From: Lama guanicoe
Taxonomy: Eukaryota
NCBI GenBank assembly: GCA_013239625.1
Contig: MU057340.1
Location: 7,892,931 to 7,956,930, forward strand
Length of the DNA: 64,000 nt
Direction: 5' to 3'
The position numbers and the translations under genes were made by a program. The notes below the pieces were generated by a model. The model was not told where the DNA came from. It was given only the letters and a program-made list of their open reading frames with translations, and did not search any database. Shown here piece by piece: positions 25,038 to 36,265 of the stretch (positions are counted from its first letter, which is position 1; each line of letters starts with the position of its first letter).

Positions 25038-26967
25038 ATACACCCTTGGATGGGGGCTGCTGCCTTGAAGTAGTTTAATTATACTTAAGTGGAGCTGATG
25101 GGGAGTCCCAAGAGAAATAGAATAAGACCCAGTATTTCTTTCATCTTTCTCCTCTGTCTTGTGTTTTCTTACAGTCTAAACCGACCCATCAAGATGAATG
25201 ATGCTTGGGGACTGCAAAGGTCATCTTTCAGGAGGAACCCCACCCTTCCCACCTCCAAGCTGAGACTGACTCTGCTATGCTTTCAAAACCAGAGTGAGAC
25301 ACCTTCCCCGCACAGCTACATAAAGTTCTGAGCTCATTTCATTCACTGCCTGCTCCTATGCTGGCCTCACCCATCAGATCCTGATCTCCTTAAAAGTCAG
25401 GGACTCGTCTTACACTGTCTTTGAATAGCCTGCACAAACACTGGGTGCCTGGATTAGGCCAGAGGTGCAGCATGTTGTTGTGGAATGAATGCACTTTCGG
25501 CTCATAAGTGTGCGGAGGCTCTGTGGTGGCATCCTTCAGCCAGCTCACCTCTCCCAGTGCCACAAGCACCCTCACGCAGGCCAGAGGCAGGGCCTCAGCC
25601 TGGGCTGTGAAACAGCCTCTCTGAGATGATATGACCTTGTAGATACGAAACCCTGGCCCCGTTTCCGGACTCCTTCCCACTGAGCTCACACACCTCTGGG
25701 TCCATGACCAGGTAGCTTTCCCAGGGAGCTTGCTGTGAAGCCTCCGTCTCAGCTAGGAGTGCCCAGCTAGGATACAGGAGCACATAGCTTGTACAGTTCT
25801 TGGAGCATAGCAGTGTGGCTTTTCCCTGGTACAAATCCACTGCACTTGAAAGTCAGGGCCATCAGTCAGATCTGGGGAAACACTCAAAGCCCCACAAGTT
25901 CCCCCTTCCCCATCCCAACCCACTGCGGCATCGACCCACAAGAGCCATAGAAGAATGCCTCCTCCAACCACATCCCTGTCTTTAGGAGCCTTACATTATT
26001 AGGAAAGCAGAACCAGGCCACATATCCATCCAATGTTGTATAATTTCTTCCCTAATTACAGATCCGGTTTCATTTCTATCAGTTTTATCCAGCAGAATAT
26101 AGAGCTACTGATTTTAACATATGAAAAATAAAACTTTCTATCTGAGTTCAAGTCCCCATGCCCACTAACATGGGAAAACAAATCTCTTTCAATTTCACTT
26201 TTTCCCCCTACGTTTTTTCTCCATTTTCTTCTCTGGAAAAAAAAAAAAAAAAGGAGAAAGAAGAAAGAAGCCAGGGAGAGTGGTAAAAATAAAAAGTGAA
26301 TTATTACCAAGGGAGACCGATAGAGCCAGATAATACTATTTTATCAAGTAGATCTTTGTTACTCATTTTGGCAAGGGTTCGGTCCGAACTGTTTGTGTGA
26401 GGGGCTTCTCCATTCCTCTTATTCTGCAGAGGCCAAAAGCAGCCCATATACATTTTTAGTTAGGCTATGTACAGTCCAGCCCCCAGTGATGTTCATGCCT
26501 GACCCCACCTCTTGGCCTGGCTTCTACCATTTTGAGTTCAGTCATAGGACCCAAAAAGCGAAGGCTGCTAAGTTGGTCTCCAGAATCCAGGGGAGAGGAA
26601 TTTTACCTCTTCCGTGGATTCCCCTCAAGTAGCCAACAGAAGATCAATCAGTTAAAAAACAAATCAGAAAGCCTTCATTGCTTTTGGGGTAATTGCAATT
26701 ACAAATTTTAAAGTTATTCCTTTCCATCTCAAAGTCTTTTTGTTCTTTAAGGAACCCTTGTTAGAATCGGATTTCGAGGTCCCCTGAAAAGAAACCGCCT
26801 TGAGTCCTGCTTAGTCACTGATTGAAGAATAATTTCCAGCATCTGAGACAGGTGAGCAGGCCAGGAAAAGAAGGGACAGGAAGGCAAAGATGGAGCTTAG
26901 AGATGGATTTTGCCCACTTTGCAGTATTTTTTTGTTGTTGAGAGTCAGCTCTGCAAAAGAGTTCTTC

Positions 26968-27155
26968 CTGGGTCTGCTGTATATGGCTGTTCAAGCTGTT
27001 TGCTGCTTAAGAGTGAAGGGAGTCAAAGGAACAGGTTGGGCTAAAATCCAACCCTGTACTTTGCTTACCATGTTGACTTGGTGAAAGGCTGAGCTGGCCC
27101 AGGGTAAGAGAACCTTTTTTCAATTGACTTGGAGATGTCATGGGCCACTCTGTGC
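26968..27155 (+). mobile_element. MER91-like hAT-Tip100 MITE
   Basis: gggtctgctgtatatggctgttcaagctgt...gggctaaaatccaaccctg...cctttttt...atgggcca. Confidence 0.55.
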
Positions 27156-29469
27156 CAGGCCCAGGCTACGGCATGAGAAACTCTCTTTGGATGCTGAGAC
27201 TGAACTTGGTCCTCAAAATTTATCCCTTGATGAATGGCACCTGTGGAATGGGTGAAGACTTGGAGACAGCCATCACAAATTGGTTCAAATATATTTTTGC
27301 ACGACCTTATGTGACAGAGAGATTTATTTTGCTTGGTTCTGTGGATGGTGGATTGTGGAATGGAATATGGAGCCAGGTTTCTGCAAGAGACAGGAGATGA
27401 TGATAAAGACAACAAAGAGTAAACAGGACATCCACCTGCTGATGTAAATTGATGGACAACGTGGGCTCTGCAATACCTTCCAGATGTTGGTTCTGGTCTC
27501 CCTAGGTGGCGGCCATGTCCACTTTTAATTTGTTCTGATGCCAATGTGGACTTTACATCTTCCAAAATCCACTGGAAGATCTAATCAAGGATGAAAACTC
27601 AACTGTGTAAGAAACCAATTTCAGGCACATGGCTGGGTCTCCTTAGAAGCAGCAGAAGTTTTCTGTTGTTTTTTTTTTTTTTAAGGAGAACATTGTTTTT
27701 CTGATGAAATGGCTTCTTTAGCTTGAATGAGGCAGAGATCCAGACAATAAAATAATGATTTAATAGCTTTGAAGTCAATCAGCCAAATACAATGACATTA
27801 ATTAGCCTTTATGCCCAACTCAAAACTAATTCTGTTGTCTACTTATTTTTGTTCCAAAAGGATTGCTAATGAAATATTTAATATTTCTCCAGGTTCCAGA
27901 TTCATTTCTACACTGGCTGGTAATTTTCTGTTAGATAGCTTGAAATTGTACTCTTGATAATTTCGCCCTGGAGTGTATCTACATCACAGGATCACTGACT
28001 GCAGAAGGAAAGGCTCTTCCGTCTTTGACAATCAGATAATAGCTTCACTTTTAGCCAGTAGAGGAATTCGAGANNNNNNNNNNNNNNNNNNNNNNNNNNN
28101 NNNNNNNNNNNNNNNNNNNNNNNNNNNNNNNNNNNNNNNNNNNNNNNNNNNNNNNNNNNNNNNNNNNNNNNNNNNNNNNNNNNNNNNNNNNNNNNNNNNN
28201 NNNNNATTAAAGGGGACCGGGGTGAGCTTTCTGACTGTGCGGTGACAAATTGACTTTCGGAGCAATATTGATAAGGGGAAAGTAGAGCAGACAGATTTTC
28301 TGTACACGGTTTGCTTTCTTATTAGTGGTCCCAGAAACGATTTCCTTGTTGCCGGCACTTTTTAAAATTCCCAGCATTTTTTATGCTTTAGAGTCAGTAC
28401 CAGTGGCTGGGATAAAATGGAATGTGTTTTCCTGAGCTCCCTGAGTCAAGAGTCCCATGCCCTGTGCATGAGTAATGAAGGCCAGGTGAGCTGGTTGGGT
28501 GGGGGGGTGCTTTTCTTCAGAGACAAAAGGACCCCAAGTCATAGGACAGTCTCTGTACAGCAACAAGGCTTTTTGCAGACTCTCATGGAGACAGGAGTGT
28601 CAGATGTGTTTTATCTCAGATCTTCAAAGTTCCCTCCCCTTTAACCATTTTAATGAATATTTCCCTTTAATCATTTCTCTTCTTGGGTCCCTTGTCACTC
28701 AGAAACACATCCATTGATGCTCCAGCAAGGACAGTCTTCAAGCTTTGTAAGAAAGGCTGGAATTATCTGATGGGGAAAGATGATGGAATCAGATGGGGCA
28801 GGATGGGTGAGGACCCTCCAGTAGTGCTGCCATAAGCAGGACTGGGATTTTGTAAATGGATTGTGAGGTTGCTTGGTTGCCGTGATTCCAGGGTCAATGG
28901 AAAGGGTTCCCATATCTCTCTTCCCTCTACAAGAATAGCTCATACTCCAAGGTACACGGGGCCCAGAATTCAAGCATTGCAGATTTTTTTCTTTCGGGTT
29001 TTCCTCCATAAATGAATGCTTTGATAAAGCAAATAACTTTGAGAGAAGTAGTGTGCTGACCTATTGTTCACTAAAGTGTTTGTGGTCAATCAAAATAGCT
29101 TTTGTCCCAAGTGGAGGTACAAAGAGCAAGCGAGAGAGTAGCTATATGGTAGAGGTATTCCAGAGAACAGAAAAGGATGAAAAATGCACAGAAAGGGGAG
29201 GAGAAGTGAGGAATGAAGAGACAGAAGTGTGAAAAGCCATGTTCTTATTACCTTGACAGTACGAAAGACAACTGTTCATTGATCCACTCAACCCCTCTAA
29301 ATTTGACTATCCAGATGATGCACGGAGATAATTGTAGCAGAAGCACGAATTAACCTGTTCAAATTTTGATGAGTTTACTAAATACCACAGGAGATGACCC
29401 AATTCATTGTAGAAGACCCACCTCCTTAAACCATTGAGTAAGCCAGCAGATTCTCACTGGGGAACTGCA

Positions 29470-29560
29470 CTCAACATGGCTTAGCTTATGTGGGCTTAGG
29501 AAACCACTTGACATGTCTGAACCTCAATTTTTGTCATCTGCAAAATGGGCTTATAGCACC
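29470..29560 (+). mobile_element. MIR SINE fragment
   Basis: tctgaacctcaatttttgtcatctgcaaaatggg MIR core. Confidence 0.7.
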
Positions 29561-29799
29561 CCCCCAACATGAACCAATGTACACATTCATTTATTCAGCC
29601 AATAGATATTGATTACTACGTGGCAGGCACTGTCATAGGAGTGGCAGGCACTAAGCAAAAATAATTTTTTTTCAGTAAAACCCTTGTCATTCTGAAGATT
29701 ATTTTCTAGTGACAAGATTTTTGAAAGGATTTTGTGAGTAGTGAGGTATTGCAAAAATGTAAAATGTTTTGTGAAACCAGAAGTCTTCTATCTTTAAAT

Positions 29800-30080
29800 T
29801 CAGGTTTTGTGCTCTGGGCAATACAGAACAAGTGTCAGCCTCTGGACAGAATTGTTCTCTTTAGGTGTCTGAAGACAACTCTCACGTCTGCTCTGGCCTT
29901 TGCCTCTTCATGCTAAACACCCCTGGTTTCTTTGGCTGCTCTTCCTGTGGCTCGGTTTGTAGACCCAACCCTCCCTCAGTGCACTTACTATGTCCCTTTA
30001 AGGGCAGGGCCCTGGGCAGAGCACACGATTCTAGAACGGACCCCAGTAGACAGCGTGACCATATCTGCCTGTAATGCAGA
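29800..30080 (-). mobile_element. L3/CR1 LINE remnant
   Basis: tgaagacaactctca...ctcttcatgctaaacacccctggtttcttt...tgtcccttt...cagagcacacgattctag follows the antisense L3 ORF2 pattern. Confidence 0.55.
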
Positions 30081-30869
30081 CCTCAGAGTAGACTCAACAT
30101 GTTTATTTAGCACTGGTTTTCCTTGGCACCATTGCCCACGTCCACACGGATCACTCAGGCCAATTTACAGAGGCATCAAGTTTGACAATGAGACTCCAAG
30201 CATCACTGAGAGAGAAACAGAGCTGGCACATCAGTGTGGCATGCATAATCTCATAGCCTCCATAATTTAATAGAGAAATAACATTCCTCATTCTCATCAT
30301 CAGAAAACAATCACCATATGAATGCACTTTAGGTGTTAATACCCATTCCTTGCTGCATACACAATCTCATTTAAAAATTCTCGCTTCTAAAGATGCTTAT
30401 CTTCTACCAGGGGTGAGGCACGGGGGTGGGGGAAAGGCAAGGTGAGCGTGATACATCATGTACAGCTGAATTCCCAGCCAAATTCACAGTTATAAGAATA
30501 AAAAAAAAAGTTAATGAGTATCATCAGAGTCAGTGCCCCAAATAGTGAGATACAGAATCCTATTCACTCTATCACAGCCATGACTGGCATTTAATTATTC
30601 TCTATTTTTGGTGCTTATAATTCCATTCTTATCATTCATTGTAAATCCTTTGGAACCCCTAGGAAAAAGCGAGATCGAGTGACAAAACAGAGATAATGAA
30701 ATCAGAGGCAGTAGAAAAAAATTATATCTTGTAGGTAAAGCGATGATTCAGTAGAGCAAGTTATTTCATAAGGTTGCAGAAGCAGAGGGAGGGGAATCAG
30801 AATGAATGTCGCAGGCATTCAGGAGAGTTGAGAAGGAATCCGTGGGTGGGGGATGCACAAGAGGTGGGG

Positions 30870-31065
30870 GAGTGGTCTGTTGTGGAAAGAACATTCAACT
30901 AAGCATTAACCCAGTTGTGCATCTGTAGAGTCCAGCTGTGTGACCTTAAGCATCTCACTTAACCTCTCTGGGTTTCTCACTTTCCCACCTATAAAATGCC
31001 ATCACATTCTTCTCAACGTTATTGTAAAATATAAAAAGATGCACAATTGCTATACAAATGTAAGG
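30870..31065 (+). mobile_element. MIR SINE
   Basis: cagctgtgtgaccttaagcatctcacttaacctctctggg...ctataaaatg. Confidence 0.75.
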
Positions 31066-31827
31066 ACCAAAATTATTTCCTGGCATTAGAGGTGAAGCCA
31101 AAAGGCTGTGGGTAATGCCAAAAGATACAGTATTTTGATCAATATAACCCAAAAGGCATGGGGCAGTGGAGTCCCTGACTCTCTCCTAGTGCTACCTGGG
31201 GGACCCGCACGCCCTGGCGTGACCCCACCCTCCCTGACTTGCCAGTTTCACTGAGTAGTAAAGGTCAATGGCCTGGCTCAGCCAGGGTAGCCTGCAGAGA
31301 AAAGTTGGAAGAGAAAATTATTCCCACACACAGCTGTGGGAGCCACTGAGCCCACGGGAGGTGCCAAGTTGAATGCCCGCTGGTGTGGAGGTGCCAAGGC
31401 TGTGAAACCCAAGAAAAGAATGTGAATGGGTTGCCAACCAACAAGGAGGGGTCCAGGCAATCCTGGGGAGTTGAAGTATGAATGAAACCCGGGGATCAGG
31501 GGTCCCAGAGTCAGGGGTGGGGAGTGAGGGGCACAGTGGGCCTGTGGGAGGCCAGTCTGGCTTTGCAAGTGGCCAGTTTCAATGTTCCAGTCGAAGGGAT
31601 CCATGACTGGGCAGCTCCCCTTGCTCTAAAAAATGCAAAGCCAGTTGCATCAGACACCTGGTAGGAGAGTTTACCTTTCTTCCTCCTTACCAGACTTCCT
31701 CCCGCCCCTTTTTCTCTGTGTCTCTGCTCAGGGAGACAGGGTACATCTCTCCGATCACTGGTTTCATGTTTGGTAACAGATGAAGTTGACGTGGTCTTAT
31801 TTTTCCTGAAAGATACCCTGCCCCATT

Positions 31828-32279
31828 TGTGCAGCAGCCATGAGAAGGCTCCTCTCGGATCTGTGATGTCAAGAAGCATAATTAACCAATGGTCCAGCTG
31901 CCGTGCTCTGAGATCCATCACTAGGTTCATGCTGAGACCACTCTTCCCACAGCTTCCCCCCGCCAATAACTCAGCACGGCGGGGACGCTGAGGCAGGCCC
32001 CTCCCTGGGTGACTGGGGGCCCCTCTGATGGGAGACTGTGGCTTGGCACTCCCTGAAAGCCTTCTCAAACTTTCCCTAGACCCACACTGCAGTCTGCAAT
32101 ACTTTCACTCACCCTCCTTCCTTCCCTCTCTCCTTCACTCGAGGTCAGGTCAGCACCGCAGTATGACAACTCTTCCAGCCCCCCCCCCCATTTCCTCTCA
32201 CAGCCATTGCTGCTAACACATTTCTTGCATGTCTCATCCCACCTTGATGTCTGCTTAACAGAGGAACCAAATTTTCACA
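31828..32279 (+). mobile_element. LTR16A-like ERVL solo LTR, full length
   Basis: Colinear with recalled LTR16A: tgtgcagcagccatgagaaggctcctctcggatct...cttccctctctccttcactcgaggtcag...gtctgcttaacagaggaacc...caca. Confidence 0.8.
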
Positions 32280-32769
32280 CGTCACCCAAAAGAAAGTTTT
32301 GAGGAATAGATTGGGGTCCTACTCACAGCCCCAGAAACCTGTCTTCACACACACTCTGGCTCAGGGCCAGACCCCAACAGCATACATCTCTTCTTTTCTG
32401 GGATAACATTATAAGGTCCCTTGAATCAGAAAGGTCCCCAAGCTAGAGGATTATCAAGTTCAACAGTAGGGAACAGTGAAGGTCATTTCCGTTGAAGGAG
32501 TTCACTTAGACGATTGAAGGTTGATATTTTCCTTTTCCTCCTCCTCTCCATCTTTCCTTTCTAGGCATTTCAGCCCTGAAGCTTGTAGGTGGGGGCAGCA
32601 CAAGGTAGGAGGCTACGCCAGGGGTTGGGGAGGGGAGAACCGTGGTGGCTCAGAGTGGGAACCAGAGTCTGGCAGCACGAGGACCTCCATGGGGAGAAGT
32701 CCACACTCCCTGAGTGGAAGTCACAGCCCAAGAGGGCCAAGGAGGGCCCCACAAGGATGGCTGGCCTGA

Positions 32770-34235
32770 GTGAGGTCGGGAGGAATCTCTCCAGGGGGAG
32801 ATGGCGGAGGGGAGCAACCCTGTGTGGGTAGCTGGGCACGAGGTTCAAAGGCTGATCGGGTTTGGAGGGCATCTGTGTGAGGGAGGGGTGGCAGTTGAGG
32901 TGGGACACTGGTTCTGTACAAAAGGCTTGAACAAGTAAGTAATTATGTTTAAGATAATGGCATCTAAGTTTCTGATTGTCAGAAAGGAGAGTTTAAAATG
33001 TGGAACAGGAAGAAATCAGACTGACCCTTGGGGTGTCAAATTAGAATGTGAAGTACCACCATGAACTCTTCATTTTCTTTTTTTTTTTTTAACATTTTTT
33101 ATTGATTTATACTCATTTTACAATGTTGTGTCAAATTCCAGTGTTCAGCACAGTTTTTCAGTCATACATGGACATATACACACTGTCACATTTTTTCTCT
33201 TCATTTTCAATATGTATAGACAGACATAGAAATAAATATAATGTAAATGTGTGCTCGTGTGTGTGTGTGAACATCCTTCAGCATTGAAAGAAACCCAGAC
33301 TCCTCGGAGAAGTGGCTGAATCCAAGCCTGAGGTGGAGGAAGTACAAAATGATACAGGAACATCCCAGGGGTCAGACGGCAAGGAAGCTCAGTGAAGCAG
33401 ACAGGTTGCAAGTACACAGAAGCCAGTCTGAAAGGGCCCCCATGGACAAAATCAGGGCAATCTAAGCACCAAAATAAGTCATGACTGTAGTGGAATATAA
33501 CTTAGTAAAACATACTAAGGAATTCAATGAATGAGTCCATGGGAGGTCTGATGAGGAACAAAGTATTTACACAATTTCTAAACTCCTCCTGACAAAACAC
33601 TAATTAACTATCAAGAGAAGAAGAGTCACTTTAAAGTGATGGTACAAGCAGCCACCACCATAATCGAGTGGGCAAAGTGAACAGCAGCAGCGACGGAACC
33701 AGTAAAAATCGTGTGTCACCCACTAGGATGAAATGACAAGACCCCAGCTTCGCTTGTGAGATATTCCTGCCAGAGATGTATCATCTAAATCTGATCACAA
33801 GGAAACATCAGAGAAACTCAAATTGAGGAACATCCTATGAAATAACTGGTCTGTGATCCTCAGTCAAAAAATAACTGAAGGTCCCTTCCAAATAGAAGAC
33901 TAAAGAGACATGACACTAAAAGCAACCAGTGGTTCCAGACTGAATCTGTTTGCTACACAGAACATTGTTGGAGCAATTGGTAAGAGTTAGAAAGGTCTGA
34001 GGATTAGCTAGCAATAATGTATCAACGTTAGCTCTTTGGATTTAAAGGTTGTATTGTGGTTACAGGAAAATGTTCCTGCTTGTAGGAAATGAAGGCTAAG
34101 GTATTCAGAGGCTATGGGGTATGGGTCAGTATCTTAATTCTCAAATGGTTCAAGGAAAAAGTTCTTTGTATAAAACTGTACTTGCAACTTTTCTGTAATT
34201 GCATGATGATTTCAATGTGCGAAAATATTTTTTAA
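32770..34235 (+). mobile_element. L1MC3/L1MC4-like 3' UTR
   Basis: catcagagaaactcaaattgaggaacatcct, gactaaagagacatgac, aaagttctttgta...tgtacttgcaacttttctgtaa. Confidence 0.75.
33078..33196 (-). mobile_element. Very short young camelid L1 3' end with perfect 12-bp TSD
   Basis: polyT plus sequence nearly identical to 46709-46830; TSD ctcttcattttc at 33066-33077 and 33197-33208. Confidence 0.9.
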
Positions 34236-34332
34236 ATGCAAGTTGGTATATGATAGGTGGGAGTGAAAACTGACACAACCTTTTGGGAAGACAATTGGAT
34301 CTTAAGCATCTAACTTTTAAATGCACATTCCC

Positions 34333-34616
34333 AGACATAGAAAACAAACTTATGGTTACCACGGGGGAAATGGAGTGGAAAGGGATAATTTGGGAGTTCA
34401 AGATTTGCCGATACTAGCTACTATATACAAAATAGATAAACCACAAGTTTCTTCTGTACAGCACAGGGAACTATGTTCAATATCTTGTAGTAACCTGTAA
34501 TGAAAAAGCATGTGAAAATGAAAATCTGTGTGTATGTGTATGACTGAAACATTATGCTGTACATCAGAAATTGATACAAATTGTAAACTGACTACACTGC
34601 AATAAAAAATAAAATA
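34333..34616 (+). mobile_element. Camelid-type L1 3' UTR, 5'-truncated
   Basis: agacatagaaaacaaacttatggttacc...aataaaaaataaaat; degenerate TSD aaatgcacattccc (34319-34332) / aagtgcgtgttccc (34617-34630). Confidence 0.88.
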
Positions 34617-34865
34617 AAGTGCGTGTTCCCTTGGCTCATCAATTCTACAAAAAAAAAAAAAACCCCTCACATGTGAGAATAAAGACACACAGATAAGGAC
34701 ATTCTTTGCAGTGCAATTTGTAGTAGTAAAGAGATCAGAAACAATCAAAATATCCACTAATGGAGGAATAGCTAAATAAATTATGGTGCATCCAAACTAT
34801 AAAGTACTTTGTAAGCTTGGAAAATAAGGATTTGCATGAGCCAAACTCTAGGTAAATTAAGTGAA

Positions 34866-34901
34866 GTGTGTATGTGTGTGTCTGTGTGTGTGTGTGTGTG
34901 T
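34866..34901. repeat. Imperfect (TG)n microsatellite
   Basis: gtgtgtatgtgtgtgtctgtgtgtgtgtgtgtgtgt. Confidence 0.85.
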
Positions 34902-35634
34902 AGACATAAACCATCTCTGAAAGGATATCCCAGAAATTGTTGAGAATGATTATCAAGAGAGGAAGGATTATATACCTTGTGTATTATTTGCATTTTTTAA
35001 CCATATTAATTTGTACCATATTCATTTTTATCTTTTTTTAATGCTAGTTAGGTTTTAACAAAGGATACAGGAGAATTTATCTACAAACTCCGTAAAAAAA
35101 AAAAAGATTTGCAATTAAGTATTTGCAAAATTCTTAGTTGTCCTGATCTGCTCAAACTCTCCATCCCCTGCCCCCTATACTCTTGTATATCATTACAGCA
35201 TGTGCACCACCAAAACCCCATCCCACACCCATGACAGACATTGCTAATTGATCCCAGCACTCATCACCACTGAGCCCAGATGCAGAGAATCCTTCTCAGC
35301 ACACACAGCTTAGCAGCTGAGATGTTTCTGTCAGTTTGGTTGGGAAGGAGAAAGCCTTTACATCCCTTTCTTGCAGGGAGCATTTCACAGAAAGTGAGTC
35401 TTCAGAGGATGTGGTCTCTTCAAGGAGCTCTAACCTCCTGTAAGCTGAGCATCAGAGCACTCTGGCTGGCCTGCCACTTACAGTCTAGCCCAGCCCTGCT
35501 CACCACTACCACCCTCAACCCATCTGCTCCATCTGGGATGGTGCTAGTCCATGCCAGGAGCCTCTGGAGAACCTGGTGACCATTCAGCTCATGGTCCATA
35601 GTATGGATTCAGCAGTACCTTCAACCAACAGAGC

Positions 35635-35976
35635 TGGGTGCTTCTCCAACTTTGATGTGCCCACATCCCTGGGAATCCTGTTGAAATGCAGACTCAGAAC
35701 CAGGATGCAAGAGGGAGCACGAGATTCTGCACTTCTCACAAGGTGATGCCTTGCTGCTGGTCCCGGGACTCCACTTTGAGTAGCAAAGCCTTAGAGCAGT
35801 AGCTCTGAAGTGTTGGATGCACTCAGAATCGCCTGGCAGCTTCACTGAAACACAAAGTGCCAGACCACCCCCAGAGCTCCTCACGCAGCAGGTCTGGGGT
35901 GGGACCTGAGAATCCGCCTTCTTAACAAGTTCCCAGGAAAGGCTGCTGCTGCTGGTCCTGGATGAAAGAGCTCTGT
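35635..35976. mobile_element. Adjacent MER5B-like (35635-35790) and MER5A-like (35795-35976) MITEs
   Basis: gctgctggtcccgggactccactttgagtagcaa (MER5B end); gcaggtctggggtgggacctgagaatc...taacaagttcccagg (MER5A). Confidence 0.75.
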
Positions 35977-36049
35977 ACTCCAGCAGCTTGGGGAGAGGTT
36001 CTTCAACAGCAAGCACTCTCCCTCTGCCCTCCAGGAAGCCCACAGAGCC

Positions 36050-36265
36050 AGAGAAGAAGAGAATGTGGTGGCATTAGGCACATCTGACTTGAAACCCTCA
36101 GCCGTCACATTCATGAAATGTGACATCAGGAAAACTGCATAACTATTCTCAGCCTCAGTGCCACTCTCTGGGAAATAGGTCTAGTACTGCCTCACCTCGC
36201 GCAGCTGTCATCAGGACTCAGGGAACACATGTAAGTCAAGGGCTTAGCACAGTGCTTGGTACACT
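36050..36265 (+). mobile_element. MIR SINE
   Basis: tgtgacatcagg...ctcagcctcagtg...gtaagtcaagggcttagcacagtgcttggtacac. Confidence 0.7.

Larger units (their letters stand above)
34240..35030 (+). mobile_element. Old L1ME-like 3' fragment, interrupted by a younger L1 and a (TG)n tract
   Basis: ggtgggagtgaaaactgacacaacctttt, ggaatagctaaataaattatggtgcatcc. Confidence 0.6.

Noticed and set aside
27499-27512. CTCF-like tccctaggtggcgg
   Set aside because: Mismatches in the 5' core; a single motif cannot be supported without ChIP or conservation data.
31511-32068. 185-aa minus-strand ORF
   Set aside because: Largely overlaps an LTR16A-like solo LTR; no gag, pol or env similarity.
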